From Felis catus (lineage: Eukaryota), in NCBI RefSeq assembly GCF_018350175.1, contig NC_058373.1, positions 109,804,001 to 109,868,000 on the forward strand: a DNA stretch of 64,000 bases, in the 5' to 3' direction. The position numbers were made by a program, and so were the translations under genes. The notes beneath the pieces are model-generated. The model did no database searches, was not told where the DNA came from, and worked only from the letters and a program-made list of their open reading frames with translations. The number at the start of each line of letters is the position of its first letter. Within the stretch, counting starts at the first letter, position 1. Below are positions 11,600 through 24,066 of this stretch, one piece after another.

Positions 11600-12790
11600 T
11601 TCCGACCTCGAAAATTAACAAACTCGAGAGGTAAGAAAAGAGCGAGGCACAGGAGAAAAATAAAAACAGGCCCTGGGTACCCTTTCTTGAACACTTGGTG
11701 AACGGCGCTTCGCTTTGACCGAAAGATAACCTACAGTAGACGCTGGGGCCAGCGATCCCAAAACCTAACCCGCGTTAAGGACGCGGAGCAGGGACAGCAC
11801 GGGTGTGGTCCAGGGGCTCCCACCCCGCACCAGAAGCTTCAACACGTGTCTCTCTCCTCCCAGGCCCTCCCCACTTCCCTCAGAACTCCTCGTGCTACAG
11901 AATCAGCGACTGCGGCTTTCTAGACTCAACCTACACTGTCGCCGTCCGTCAGAGACCTGCCCGTCAACGAGCCCAACCGGTCCCCGTGAAATATACCTCA
12001 ACTGCAATCCCTCAACCGGCGCGGGAGGAAACGCGAGGTCTGTCAAGGCGCACAGCGTTACGACCGGAACTCCACCCCCTACGTCTCCGATAGGGTAAAC
12101 GCGCAAAGGAAAATGCAGAGCATTGGTCAGCAGCAGAGAGGCGGGCCATAGCTCCGGGGAAGCGTGAGAGGAGGGGGGAGGGGCAACGAAGCGCCAGGAG
12201 CCAACCTCTCTCCGGATTGGGCGAAAACAGGACGACTGCGCCTGAGTAAACTCAGTTTACGTATAGCCCCGCACAGTACCGCCCCTTTTACGTTACGTTA
12301 ACGGAAGTTTCAACGATTCATTGGTTGTGATGGTTTACGCCTCCTGGCTGCGTGGCCAATAAAGGGCAAGAATAAAGCGGTTTCCGCCTCTTTTTCGGGC
12401 GACTGAGCCATTCAGATGACTTTGGGCAACGTGACTTCCTTCCTTCTTTTGGATGCTGTAACTTCCACTGAGCCAAATTCAGGTAGAGAAATTGTTACAA
12501 TGACTACGAAGATTTTACTGTGAGTAAGAAATACTTAATAGTTAGGGTCCTGAAATACCCACGTACTCTCATAACTTCTAAGTATGACTTCAGTGTTTGA
12601 ACGCAAAGAAACTACTCTTTTTGCACCTTTTGCGTCGGCTGTGTCATTGGCCGAAAGAGCTATCAATTTGAAAGAAGCTCTGCCTCCGCCCCAAGGAACT
12701 CTAGGATTTGTAGTCCCGGGCGCTCAAGTTCTGTCGCTTTAAATGTGGTTGTTGCTGCTAGGTTCTTCCTTATGATTAACACCCGCTGGC
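11600..12790. promoter_or_regulatory. WDR89: CpG-island promoter, probably WDR89 (minus strand)
   Basis: Only extended CpG-rich non-repeat segment in the window. Contains five CCAAT/ATTGG boxes, ETS acggaagt at ~12301, a GC box at ~12687 and a ZNF143-like GGACTACAAATCCTAG (minus) at ~12701-12716. Gene name inferred from remembered human order WDR89-SGPP1 (both minus, about 40 kb apart). Confidence 0.7.
11997..12200 (-). other. WDR89: Candidate non-coding first exon of WDR89 (TSS approximate)
   Basis: Minus-strand donor GAG|gtatat with exon end at 11997 inside the CpG island; no convincing ORF. Confidence 0.4.
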
Positions 12791-13924
12791 GTTTACTGTG
12801 GTTTTGATGTGTTCCGTTGTGCTTTTTATCTTTTCACTGATCAGCACCGTTAAAGCTGAAAGACACTTAGAGAAACTGAAAAGACTTGATGTGTGTTGTA
12901 AAGATAAATAGTAGTGTTTGAAACATTTTACAGCTTGTGCTTGGGCGCTGTGCTAGATGTTCGTAAATACCGTATTAAGTGAATAGTAAGCTTGTTGGTT
13001 TGTAAAAATTTTGCCATTGCCACAAAACGGTCTTTGATTTTCATATTAGTCTACATTCGCGAATATTTGAAAAGTACCCTAAATTTGGCAGTTGTATATA
13101 CTGTTTCGGTGTGGGTAGCAGCTGCTCACATAAATCAAGTGTTGATAGGACAAGAAGAACTGGCTGCCGTCATGACAGGAAAATAGTGCTGTAGTTTAAA
13201 ATGTTAAGCATGACCAATCTCAGAAGGTTACACGCATTGTGCATTATTCAAGATTGCGTTATGAAGTCCATTTTCAATCTTTATGGAAACATTATGTTGG
13301 TTTAAGGCAGGGTTTCGCTACATTTATTGAATCATGAACTTTCACTTCCCTGGGCCCATTTGGTAATATTACATCACTTTTGTGTTTGGCAAAAGTAAAA
13401 ATCAATGTATAAATACCAAAAACTTCTCCTGAGTGGCCTTTTCCCTTTCGACATTTTTTACCCTAATTAATAGGTAATATGAAGTGTTTAATTTGTGTAA
13501 GAAAAAAACACGATTTTATGATATATAATAGTTCCACATTCTGGATTTAAAGTTAAGTACATTTTAAAGCCAAGCAAAAACTGCTTTTATGACTGATTTT
13601 GGAATTATTACATTTTTGTTTTAAAAAAAATCAAATTATTTTTATCATTTTTTTGTGTGTCTTGTTTCTAAATGACCAAGAGTACCAGATTGGTACTCTT
13701 CCATGGTAAATACACCATGGAAGATAATATTTCTTTTTATTCACAGTAAATGAAGAGCCGAACTGAGTGTAATCAACATTTCTCCTTTTAATACTCTATA
13801 TCATGTACTAAGTGAAATCTGTGAATATAAAAGTTACCCTGAAGCAAAAATTCAGAATTATAAGTTTTAATGCTTTCCATTATCTAGCATTTTAGTGTTA
13901 TTTTTCCTTTTGCCTCCTAATTTA

Positions 13925-13949
13925 TTACTTTTAAGTTTATTATGTATTT

Positions 13950-13989
<40 letters not shown>

Positions 13990-14155
13990 AGCGAGCATGT
14001 GTGAGTGAGGGAGGGGCAGAGAGAGAAAGAATCCCAGGCAGGCTCCACACTAAGCATGGAGTTCGACACAAGGCTCAGTCTCACGACTGTGGGATCATGA
14101 CCTGAGCCAATATCAGCAGTCGGACGCTAAACCGACTGAGCGACCCAGGTGCCCC
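13925..14155 (-). mobile_element. Can-SINE
   Basis: TSD tgcctcctaatt; (GA)n region. Confidence 0.92.
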
Positions 14156-14468
14156 TGCCTCCTAATTCAAATTAGTGGTTCACATTTGGGATATAAATGA
14201 AATTCAGATGACCAAGAATAAAAAACATTAAGAACTGCAGGTGTAAAGACTACTACTGTGGTGAGGAGCAGTGTTTAACTGAGTGATGAGTCAACTGAGT
14301 GACTGAATCGTGAGCACATTTGGCTAATCTGTATTAACTGTCCTAAGTGCTCACTCTTTGGGAAGCTCCCAGAGTGTCCCACTTAAAGAGCTTAAATCGT
14401 TATTTGTTGAGAATGTAAGAATAGAAATTGAAACAGGTGCCACTACTGCCTTTTAAGATGTGAACCTT

Positions 14469-14687
14469 GGGGGCGCCTGGGTGGCGCAGTCGGTTAAGCG
14501 TCCGACTTCAGCCAGGTCACGATCTCGCGGTCTGTGAGTTCGAGCCCCGCGTCAGGCTCTGGGCTGATGGCTCAGAGCCTGGAGCCTGTTTCCGATTCTG
14601 TGTCTCCCTCTCTCTCTCTGCCCCTCCCCCGTTCATGCTCTGTCTCTCTCTGTCCCAAAAATAAATAAACGTTGAAAAAAAAAAAAA
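14469..14687 (+). mobile_element. Young SINEC_Fc
   Basis: Perfect TSD aagatgtgaaccttgg at 14455-14470 and 14688-14703. Confidence 0.97.
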
Positions 14688-14978
14688 AAGATGTGAACCT
14701 TGGAATCCTTTTTATATAGTGTCTATATGGGAAGTAGGTTAAACAGTGGCCTCAAAGGGAGATAAATGCAAGAGGAGTCTTGAGGTACAGGAAGAGAATA
14801 CTACTACCTGTTTGTATTTACTTTTTAATCTCAACTTTTTTCTTTCCATTTTTGTCTCTTAAAAAATTGTGCACATGATATAACAGTATAGACTTCCTGA
14901 AATCTAGCTTATCCAGTTTGGAATGAATGGTAAAAAAATTTTTTTACTGGGAATTATGTGATCAAAATAGTCTGGAAG

Positions 14979-15360
14979 TGTTAAAGAAAAAATTATTCAC
15001 GATACTACTAAAGACAGGAAGACACACTTTATTCGCGGGGGGCTATTGTGGTGGGATTTTGTAATATGGGAGAGAATTGAGCTCAACTCTGAATGCATAA
15101 GTAGGAATTTATAGCCAGTGAGCAGGGTGTGGAGGTCAGTGGATGGAAAATTATGAAGAAGAAACATTGGGGTGTGGAGGATTATTGCTAGATTGAATCA
15201 GCAGTGTTCTTGCTGAAAACAGGCTAGGGTAATCAGACCTCACCTGGGGGATAGTGAAGGCGAGGAACCCAGTCAGATATGGTTAAACTGACTTAGCATT
15301 CTTACTAGAATTGGACATTATAAGGAAGGACATGGGAGCCCAAGGTCAGGCCTACTCAAA
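14979..15360 (-). mobile_element. ERV1 LTR fragment (MER31/MER67-like)
   Basis: tgttaaagaaaaaattattc terminus; ggaatttatagcc...ggtcagtggatggaaaatta. Confidence 0.65.
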
Positions 15361-15449
15361 AAAAGAACACGTATATGTGTATAACCCCACAGACACTCTC
15401 CTATATACACACAAAAATATTTGTATTTGCTATTAAAATACAAAGTCCA

Positions 15450-15664
15450 GGGGCACCTGGGTGGCTCCGTCGGTTAAGCATCCACGACTCTTGATCTCAG
15501 CTCAGGTCATGATCTCACAGTTCTTGAGTTCAAGCCCCACATCGGGCTCTGCACTGATGGCATGGAGCCTACTTGGGATTCTCTCTCCCCCTCTGTCGCT
15601 GCTCCTCCCTCCCCTGCTTGGGCTCTCTCTCTCTCTCTCTCTCAAATAAGTTAAAAAAATTTTT
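15450..15664 (+). mobile_element. Can-SINE
   Basis: TSD aaatacaaagtcca. Confidence 0.93.
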
Positions 15665-15764
15665 AAATACAAAGTCCAAATTACGCATAATACTTAGAAA
15701 TACTTATGTTCAATCACTATACCAAGGCTCAACCAAAGACATAGAACCATTAGGAAATATATAT

Positions 15765-16020
15765 TAAATTTTTTGCAAGGAATTGACTTGCACAATGTTG
15801 GGGACTGGCTAGGGGGCAAGTGTGAAATCTGTAGAGCTGGCTGTCAAGAAAGGCAAACTGAAATTCTCAGGCATGAGCTGAAGTTGTAGTCCACAGGCAG
15901 AACTTCTGGAAAACCACCTGAGTCAGGCCCATCCAGATTACCCAGGATAATCTTTATTTAAAGTCTACTGATTATGAATGTTAATTACATCTACAAAATG
16001 CCTTCGCAGCAACACATAGA
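15765..16020. mobile_element. MLT2-like ERVL LTR fragment
   Basis: aaggaattgact...aggcccatccagattacccaggataatct...ttaattacatctacaaaatgccttc. Confidence 0.75.
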
Positions 16021-17419
16021 TGAAGAACTTCAAATCACTCTTTTGAGAGTGGGGGTTTCAGGCTTGGAAGTCATTCCAGAGAACCGTGTTTGATATTGTG
16101 TCTTGTATTTGTGGGAGTGGATTAATTTAAGCATACAGAAGGTACAAATCAAACCCGCTTTTCAACTCTGGTAAAATATGTCTAAAAAGAACAGCTCTCC
16201 TTCAAGCTTCGTTCCAGCCTGCTTCTCTAACTCCCTGCCTCATTTGGCTGGCTAGTCCTTGAGACCTTGGCCTAACAGCCTGTACCTGAAGCTTCTGGTT
16301 TCATTCCTAAGCACCATATTCCTTTGTCCAACTTTTGAATCCCAGAGCTCCTTGGAGGTTTCCCAATAATATATATGTGCCTAGGCATGCGTGCCTCTAA
16401 CATGTAAGGAGTACTTCCTGGCAAGCTACCAGCTGTGGAGCTTTTGAAAATGGCAACAAGACTGCCATTGAAGCCAGAGGGTGGGGTGGTGATGAGGACA
16501 TCCTGGGATAGGTGCCCGCTGATTTATACCAGTCACCATGACAAATTTTTTTCAATGGTGCTATTTTAACTTAGTTTTTAGATGGGCTTTACTGTTTCTC
16601 CTTTTACTTTAGACTGATGAAAGTTGGGGACGAGGCAGGAAAAGTATTAAAACAGATAATTATGTTAATTATCTGTTAATCAGAAACAGCACCTACTGCC
16701 AAAAAACCTCTTGACAGAGTTGCTTAAAAGTGAATTGGCTGGTTTAAGCTGTATGTTCTCTTCCTGCCACTTTGACGTTAAAAAGAATGAACAAATAGTG
16801 AAATAGCACACTAAATCGAGTTGGGAAGAGAGAGAGGCCAGAGTATTTGATAAACTAGTCTTTGGGTTTTTTATTTAATTAATAATTATGATTATAGTTT
16901 ATTTTACACAGACAAGTATGATTAGGATTGAAACCAACAGCTTGGGATCTAATAATTGCTAAGAAACAAGTTCACTTTTTTCTTGAATAAGATACCAAAG
17001 TACCTATTTGCTTGTGCGTATGAAGTGATTCAGAGCATATGGCCGCAAGATTAGCTCTAAATGGACATAGCTGAAGGCTAAGGTGAATGTCATTACACAT
17101 TTACATCCTCATTTTTCCTCCTCCTTGCCCCCAATTTATACTAATTTTACTTTTTAGGTTACTTACTTTTAAAAATTGTTCAGTTTGGGAAAGTTCCGTC
17201 ATACACAAAGGTAGAAAAAATGATACACAAACCCTTACGTATATGACCCCATTCACCCAAGTTTAACTGATGGCTAGACTTACTTCGATTGCACCCACAT
17301 TCCTGTTAGATCTCCTATCCCAGACATCATTTGGCTTATAAGTATCTCTTTGTATCACTAAATAATAACAGATTTTTTTTCTCCAAACATAACCTCAATA
17401 GGCAGATATTTTAATAAGG

Positions 17420-17585
17420 ACTGTTACTCAAAACGAAGTGTGTGATTTTGAGCGAGTTCTTTAATCTCTCTAAACCTCAAATTACTCATCAGTTGACAAT
17501 GTCTCCTTTTCAGGGGTTTTCTGAAGATTAACGTAACATCACTGAAACACCTAACACAGTGCTCGCCACATTGCAGACATTCAAG
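17420..17585. mobile_element. MIR SINE
   Basis: tgtgattttgagcgagttctttaatctctctaaacctca...cacctaacacagtgc. Confidence 0.65.
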
Positions 17586-17699
17586 TTCTGGCCTTTGGTG
17601 GCTTATACTACTTGCTCTGAGAAGCTATAGGAAAAAATGACCAAAAAAAGGATGTTTGCTGAGCTCTTTAACTGTTGAAATGATCCTTGGGAAAAAATC

Positions 17700-17885
17700 T
17701 TTTTAATGTTTATTTATTTTTGAGAGAGAGAGTGCGAGCAGGGGACGGTCAGAGAGAGAGGGAGACAGAGGGTCCGAAGTGGCCTCTGTGCTGACAGCAG
17801 GTAGTAGGGCTTGAACTCATGAGTGGTGAGATCATGACATGAGCCAAAGTTGGGTGCTTAACCAACTGAGCCACCCAAGCACCTC
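17700..17885 (-). mobile_element. Can-SINE
   Basis: Reverse head and tail. Confidence 0.9.
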
Positions 17886-18060
17886 AAGAATCAAAGACAT
17901 TTACATGAGGTAGATCAAAGTTATGAGCGAAGTAAAGCCCAGTAATAAAAAGACAATTGATGTGAACTTATGTGAAATACAGACTATATGACTATCTTAG
18001 AATTTCTTATGTGATCTCCAACTAATGTATGTCACGATATAATATAAAAACAATTTCCTT

Positions 18061-18228
18061 GGGGCGCCTGGGTGGCCCAGTCGGTTGAGCGTCTGACTTC
18101 AGCTCAGGTCATGATCTCACAGCTTGTGAGTTGGAGCCCCGCGTTGGGCTCTGTTCTGACAGCTCAGAGCCTGGAGCCTGCTTCGGATTCTGTGTCTCCC
18201 TCTCTCTCTGCCCCTCCCCTGCTCACAT

Positions 18229-18274
<46 letters not shown>

Positions 18275-18300
18275 AAAAATAAATAAACATTACAAAAAAT
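18061..18300 (+). mobile_element. Can-SINE
   Basis: TSD taaaaacaattt. Confidence 0.93.
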
Positions 18301-19111
18301 TAAAAACAATTTTCTGAGCTATAAAGAAATATGAAAGCCTTCTCTTTTCTTTTGTAGGATTTCTGGAACTTTCAGCCCCCCCATAGTCAAATAGCAGTGT
18401 TCTTACTCATTGTGTTCATCTTTTTGGATTCACATATTGGAATTACCTATTTACTTTCTCTTCTATTCTAGAAAAGTATTCAGTAGGAGGCTGGATTTAA
18501 TTTTCTAAGCATTCTATTAAATAAATTTCCTTGCCAGATAATAGAATATACTAAGTTGTGCTGAACATTATAAAGATAAATCTGATCATGATTACCAGCA
18601 TCTTAATGTCTGAGCAACAATAATAGTGTCACATTGCAAAGAAGTCATGTTTTCTTTCATTTTAAAAAATACAGGGTAATGATGAAGGAGATAAAGTACA
18701 GTCACAGCAAGAGCTGGCAGCTTGAATAAGTTTGTAATTAGATGATTACAAATGATTACAGATGATTGCCCTCAGGCTGATGAAGTGAAATTTTAGAAGA
18801 GAAAAGGAACATTAAGTAGATTAAGTCTCAGTCATGAATATATTAATGTAATTAGCATTTCCCACCCTTAAATTCAAATATTGAAAATCAATACTTGGTA
18901 GTTGCTGGTTTGTACGACAAAGTGACTACTTTGTTTTTTTAAGTGACTACTATCAATAATCATTTCCCACTGAAACTTGTAGCGTGTGATAATTTTTCGT
19001 ATAAATTTTTTACATTATACCAAACTACTCTTTAAAACTCACAGTACTACTCAGAGCAGCATGACCAGTGAAAAGAAAACTGTTTCTTTCAAAAAGCAAA
19101 ATCATAATTAC

Positions 19112-19460
19112 AAGCAAAATAAGTCAGAGAAAGCAAATACCATATGATTTCACTCATATGTGGAATTTAGGAAACAAAACAAATGAGCAAAGGGGGAAAA
19201 AAAGAGAGGTAACCCAAGAAACAGGTTCTTAACCATAGAGAACAAACTGAAGGTTACCAGAGGGAAGGTGGCTAGGGGGACGGGTTACATAGGGAATGGG
19301 GATTAAGGAGTGTGTTTGTTGTGATGAGTACCAGGTATTGTATGGAAGGTATTGAATCACTGTATTGTGTACCTGAAACTAATATGACACTGTATGTGAA
19401 CTAACTGGAATTGAAATAAAAACTTTAATAAAAGAAAAAGAAACCAAAAAAAAACGGGAA
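19112..19460 (+). mobile_element. 5'-truncated carnivore L1 (ORF2 end plus 3'UTR)
   Basis: aaataccatatgatttcactcatatgtggaat...cctgaaactaatatgacactg...aataaaa; TSD-like aaaatcataa. Confidence 0.88.
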
Positions 19461-19861
19461 AAGAAAAATCATAAATACCAGGTATAAGTGAGATGAATTA
19501 GAACCTTCGCCCCCCCACCCCTGGGAGAAAGCTCTGGGCAGGAGAAAACAAATCTCCCTTTTCCCTTACAGTGCCTTGCCTGCCTGTTTGATCAGAGGTA
19601 AGAAAAGGAAAAGCAAGGATTTCCAAGTTTTACTGTGTCTTTGAGTAGACAGATGGCAGATGACTCCAACGTGGAATGGTCACCATGTGGTCATTTCTTA
19701 TGCACAAGACAGCCTCTGGGCAAGATAAGGAAACTGGAGGATAAAAAAATGAGGAATGGAAACCATTCTGCAAAAATATTATAAAGAACTAAATCTGTTA
19801 TGGCTAGGAACTTACATAAAAATGTGTTTTATTTAGAAAATGTTTCTCCTTGATATGAAAT

Positions 19862-20040
19862 GACTCATTCATTGAACAAATATCATTGCTCACCTAATAT
19901 ATGCCTGGCATATCTTAGGTCCTGAACATATAATATTAAAAAAAAGTCCCTGCCTTCATACAGCTTACTTTCTAGTTGGCAGACAAATAACTATATATTA
20001 GAAAGTATATAGTGTAATTTCAGCTAATTGTAAGTACTAT
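19862..20040 (-). mobile_element. L2 3'-end fragment
   Basis: tcattcattgaacaaatat...gtccctgccttcatacagctta. Confidence 0.7.
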
Positions 20041-20689
20041 GCATGGTGGAATATTCAAATATCTAACACTGGTATGGCCAGCTTGTGAATTTGGTATGGT
20101 TTCACATCCCCTTGTGTTCCCTTGTATTTTCTCTTCCTTCCCCACCTTACTTCCCTTTCCTGTTCACTCTAACTTCCTTGATATTGAACTTCCCAATAGA
20201 GTGTTCCACTCCCAGTTGGAACACGGGCCAGCCTTAACCCTTGTTGTGGCTGGTGTTATGCCTTGAGTTGCTGGATCATGGGAAGATCTGGGAGATGCTA
20301 GGATAGCAAAAACAGTGGATGCATCAGGTTCTGGGGCAGCAGCTATTTCCTTGCCAGTACAGAAGTAGAGCATTTCAATATTATAGCAATTGATAGAGCC
20401 ATGCTAAAGTATATCTGCTGAAAATCAGCCCTGGTGCTTTGGTGACAAATAGGGCAGGCTAAGAGGATGGAGAGTGATCGAGTAATGCTGTATTAACTCT
20501 GTATTCTTTCTGAGAAGGCAGTGTCCTTGGGAAGTGTCTCTATGCGCGCGCACACACACGTGGATATTTCTACAACAGTTGTCTATTGGATGACCAGAGA
20601 GCATGGAAGATATCTCTTTACCCCACCCTGATGGAGAGGCTTCAGTGGGGACATGAACTAGGAATGCCAAAGCCAACCTTACACTCTTC

Positions 20690-20936
20690 TTTTTTTTTTT
20701 TTCCTTTTTTTATTAAAAAAAATTTTTTTTAATGTTTTTATTTATTTTTGAGACATAGAGAGACAGAACATGAGCAGGGGAGGGGCAGAGAGAGAGGTAG
20801 ACACAGAATCTGAAGCAGGCTCCAGGCTCTGAGCTGTCAGCACAGAGCCCGGTTCCGGGCTTGAACTCGCGGATTGTGAGATCATGATCTGAGCCGAAGT
20901 TGGATGCTCAACTGACTGAGCCACCCAGGCGCCCCC
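20690..20936 (-). mobile_element. Can-SINE
   Basis: TSD caaccttacactc. Confidence 0.93.
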
Positions 20937-21361
20937 AGCAACCTTACACTCCTCTGATGAAGCCTCCTTTGTGCTGTTCTGGCCCGAATAATTCATATTT
21001 TAGGATATTTGTTACAATGAGTTATTGTTTCCTACAGATGGAACTGGTAGGATAGAGAGAGAGACAGATCCTAGTGCAAGACAAAAACCTTGTGGGTGAG
21101 TGTTTTCTGTGCGTGTTTTAAGGGGAGCAGAGGTTGCTAGGAGATTCTAGGAAGTTCAGGAGTGCCCTTCTTTCTGAGGTTGATCTCTGCCCATGTATTT
21201 AATCACATGTCTGCCAAGGCCTTGAATCAATTGTATCCTCACTTTATTTTCCACCTTTTCTCCAGTTCTACCTTTTCCTTCTTCCTACCAATATGTAAGT
21301 CTCTTCTGTTCTATAGAATACTTTTACTGTGACTCCGACAACCCATGGATTTACTCCTCTT

Positions 21362-21587
21362 TCTTTTTTTTTTAATTATTTTTTTTAATGTTTATTTATT
21401 TTTAAGAAGAGAGAGACAGAGCATGAGCAGGGGAGGAGAGAGAAAGAGGGAGAACAGAATCTGAAACAGGCTCCAGGCTCTGAGCTGTCAGCACAGAGCC
21501 CGACGTGGGGCTCAAACTCACAGACCGTGAGATCATGACCTGAGCCGAAGTTGGACGCTCAACCGACTGAGCCACCCAGGTGCCCCT
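21362..21587 (-). mobile_element. Can-SINE
   Basis: TSD gatttactcc. Confidence 0.93.
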
Positions 21588-21589
21588 GA

Positions 21590-22230
21590 TTTACTCCACT
21601 TTCTATAATACTTTCTATACTGCCTCTATTTCATCTCACCTTCATCCTTCAATCTGCTGTAACACAGCTTTACTCTCTAGGCTCCCATGAAAAGCTTTCT
21701 CTCATAGGTCACAAGTCAACTCTTACTTGCCAAATCCAAGGACTTTCTGTCTTTTTGTCTGAGAGGACATCCCTACCATTTGAGAACATTGACCCCTCCC
21801 AGCATCTTGTGAAACACCACTCTCCTTTGCTCATCTTTCATCCTAGTCCTTTTTCAGTTCCTTTGCCGCCTCCTGAAGTAAATGTCACCAAAGGTCCACA
21901 TAAGATTTTCTCCACCTTCTGTGTTCCCTTTCTCAATGGCTGCACTGTCTCAGTCACCCACACTAAAAGCCTTAACGTAATTTTTGACCCTCAACCCCCT
22001 TCGTTCAGTCACACATTGACAGTACCTGGGGGAAGAAACCACATTTTCACATACCCTTGTTTTCCCCACTGCTAATGTCCTAACTCAGTTCCTCATGGTT
22101 CTAACTTTGCAATAGCCTCAAACCAACTTTGTGTCCTCTTTCTTTCTCTGTCAGCCTCTTTTCTATAAAGCCACCAGTGTTTTAGCTTTTAAAACAAGCA
22201 AATCCTTAACTCTCCTTAAACCTTCAGTGG
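21590..22230 (+). mobile_element. Degraded L2 fragment
   Basis: aggtcacaagtcaactcttacttgccaaatcc and related pyrimidine-rich L2 words. Confidence 0.55.
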
Positions 22231-22363
22231 ACTTTGGTTTTAAAAGGTGGAGTAACACAAGTTTCACTCTGTTTCCTCACATTTTCTAAAGTGTTATAAA
22301 GGAATGAAAAAAGTTATTAACTCAGAAGGACCAAGCAAACAAGTGAGAAGAAAAGAGATTCTA

Positions 22364-22600
22364 GGGGCGCCTGGGTGGCTCAGTCGGTTAAGCGTCACAA
22401 CTTCAGCCCAGGTCATGATCTCGGTGTTCGTGGCTTCTGGCCCCATGTTGGGCTCTATGCTAACAGCTCAGAGCCTGGAGCCTGCTTCCAATTCTGTGTC
22501 TCCCTCTCTCTCTGCCCCTCCCCTGCTTGTGTTCTTTCTCTCTCTGTCTCTCTCACTCTCTTCCCCCCCCCCAAAAAATAAATAAACATTAAAAAAAAAT
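22364..22600 (+). mobile_element. Can-SINE
   Basis: TSD aaaaga(g/a)attcta. Confidence 0.92.
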
Positions 22601-22705
22601 AAAAGAAATTCTAATGGATTTATAGAGGATGGAAAATGAATGGAAGAGTGGCACTTGATTTAGCATGGTGGTGGAGCTAACAATTTAAGGAACAAAAATC
22701 AGAAT

Positions 22706-22903
22706 GGGGCACCTGGGTTGCTCAATCGGTTAAGCATCCAACATCAGCTCAGGTCATGATCTTGGAGTTTGTGAGTTAGGGCCCCACATTGGGCTCACTG
22801 CTGTCAGCACAGAGCCCACTTCAGATCCTTGGTCCCCCTCTCTCTCTTTCCCTCCCCTGCTCATGCTCTCTTTTTCAAAAACAAATAAAAACATTTAAAA
22901 AAA
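22706..22903 (+). mobile_element. Can-SINE
   Basis: Head, CT region and A tail. Confidence 0.9.
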
Positions 22904-23316
22904 GAGAGAAATGTTCATGAAGAGCAAGACAGTTAACTCTGAAGAATCCCTCAGAGGCTCAGTACTCACAGGTACCAAGTCCACAAGATGGCATTAGACC
23001 AAGCATCAAAAGTCTGGCATTGAAATCCTAGTTCCCCTCTCCCATCCTACAGATCCTCATGCCTAAAAATGAACAGACAGCCCAAAATTACAGACATTGT
23101 AGGAAAACCTCCAACAAAAACCAAAGCGCATGTGGAGAAAATAGGGTCACTGTAGGGAACACTATAAAATAATTACTATTATAAAGAGTTTGCATCCATA
23201 AAAGAATAAGGTATGTGTATATGTGTTATATGGTGTATATTTCATAAAATGTTTAACAAGCTTATTAATAAATGTTACATATAACTGTATATGTAATATA
23301 TAATATTTAATTACAT

Positions 23317-23530
23317 GGGAGTGCATGGGTGGCTCAGTCAGTTAAGTGTCTGATTCTTGATTTCAGCTCTGGGCCATGATCTCACAGTTCGTGAGTTCTA
23401 GCCCCATGTCGGGTTCCCATCTGACAGTGCTGGAGCCTGCTTGGGAGTCTTTCTCTCTGCCCCTTCCCTGCTCGTGTGCACCCACACGCACTCTCTCTCT
23501 CTCTCTCTCAAAATAAATAAAATAAAACTT
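23317..23530 (+). mobile_element. Can-SINE within AT-rich low-complexity sequence
   Basis: Head, CT region and A tail. Confidence 0.88.
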
Positions 23531-23802
23531 TAATAATATCTACACATATCAGTTAACAAGAGTTCGATATACATTATATGTAGATATTCATTATATAATT
23601 TGCATTAAACATATATAATATGTAGATGTATGTTAGATATATATGAAATGTATATGTTAGTTAACAAGAAAGAGCCCTTGAAAATGAAAAAAAAATCTCA
23701 CAGAAAGTAGAATAAAAAGCAATGAAATGGAAAGTTGAAGAAAAAACATTTTTATTAAGCTTTTAATTTTAATGCCAGTATAGTTAACATACAGTATTAT
23801 AG

Positions 23803-23985
23803 TAAATGTTTATTTATTTTGGGAGAGAGCAGGGGAGGGGCAGAGAGAGAGAAAATTCCAGGCAGGCTCTGTGCTGTCAGCCTGACACCCAACCCGGGGC
23901 TTGAACTCACAAACTGTGAGATCATGAGCTGAGCCAAAAGCAAAAGTTGGATGCTTAACCAACTGAGCCACCCAGGCACACCCCT
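23803..23985 (-). mobile_element. Can-SINE inserted in the L1 3' end
   Basis: TSD tacagtattatagta / tacagtgttatatta. Confidence 0.9.
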
Positions 23986-24000
23986 ACAGTGTTATATTAG

Positions 24001-24002
24001 TT

Positions 24003-24064
<62 letters not shown>
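24001..24064 (+). repeat. (TTTC)16 microsatellite at the position of the retrocopy poly(A) tail
   Basis: Perfect tetranucleotide array. Confidence 0.95.

Positions 24065-24066
<2 letters not shown>

Noticed and set aside
11803..12106. Three overlapping ORFs in the CpG island
   Set aside because: GC-rich, stop-poor sequence with non-ATG starts and no recognisable homology; better explained as 5'UTR or intron.
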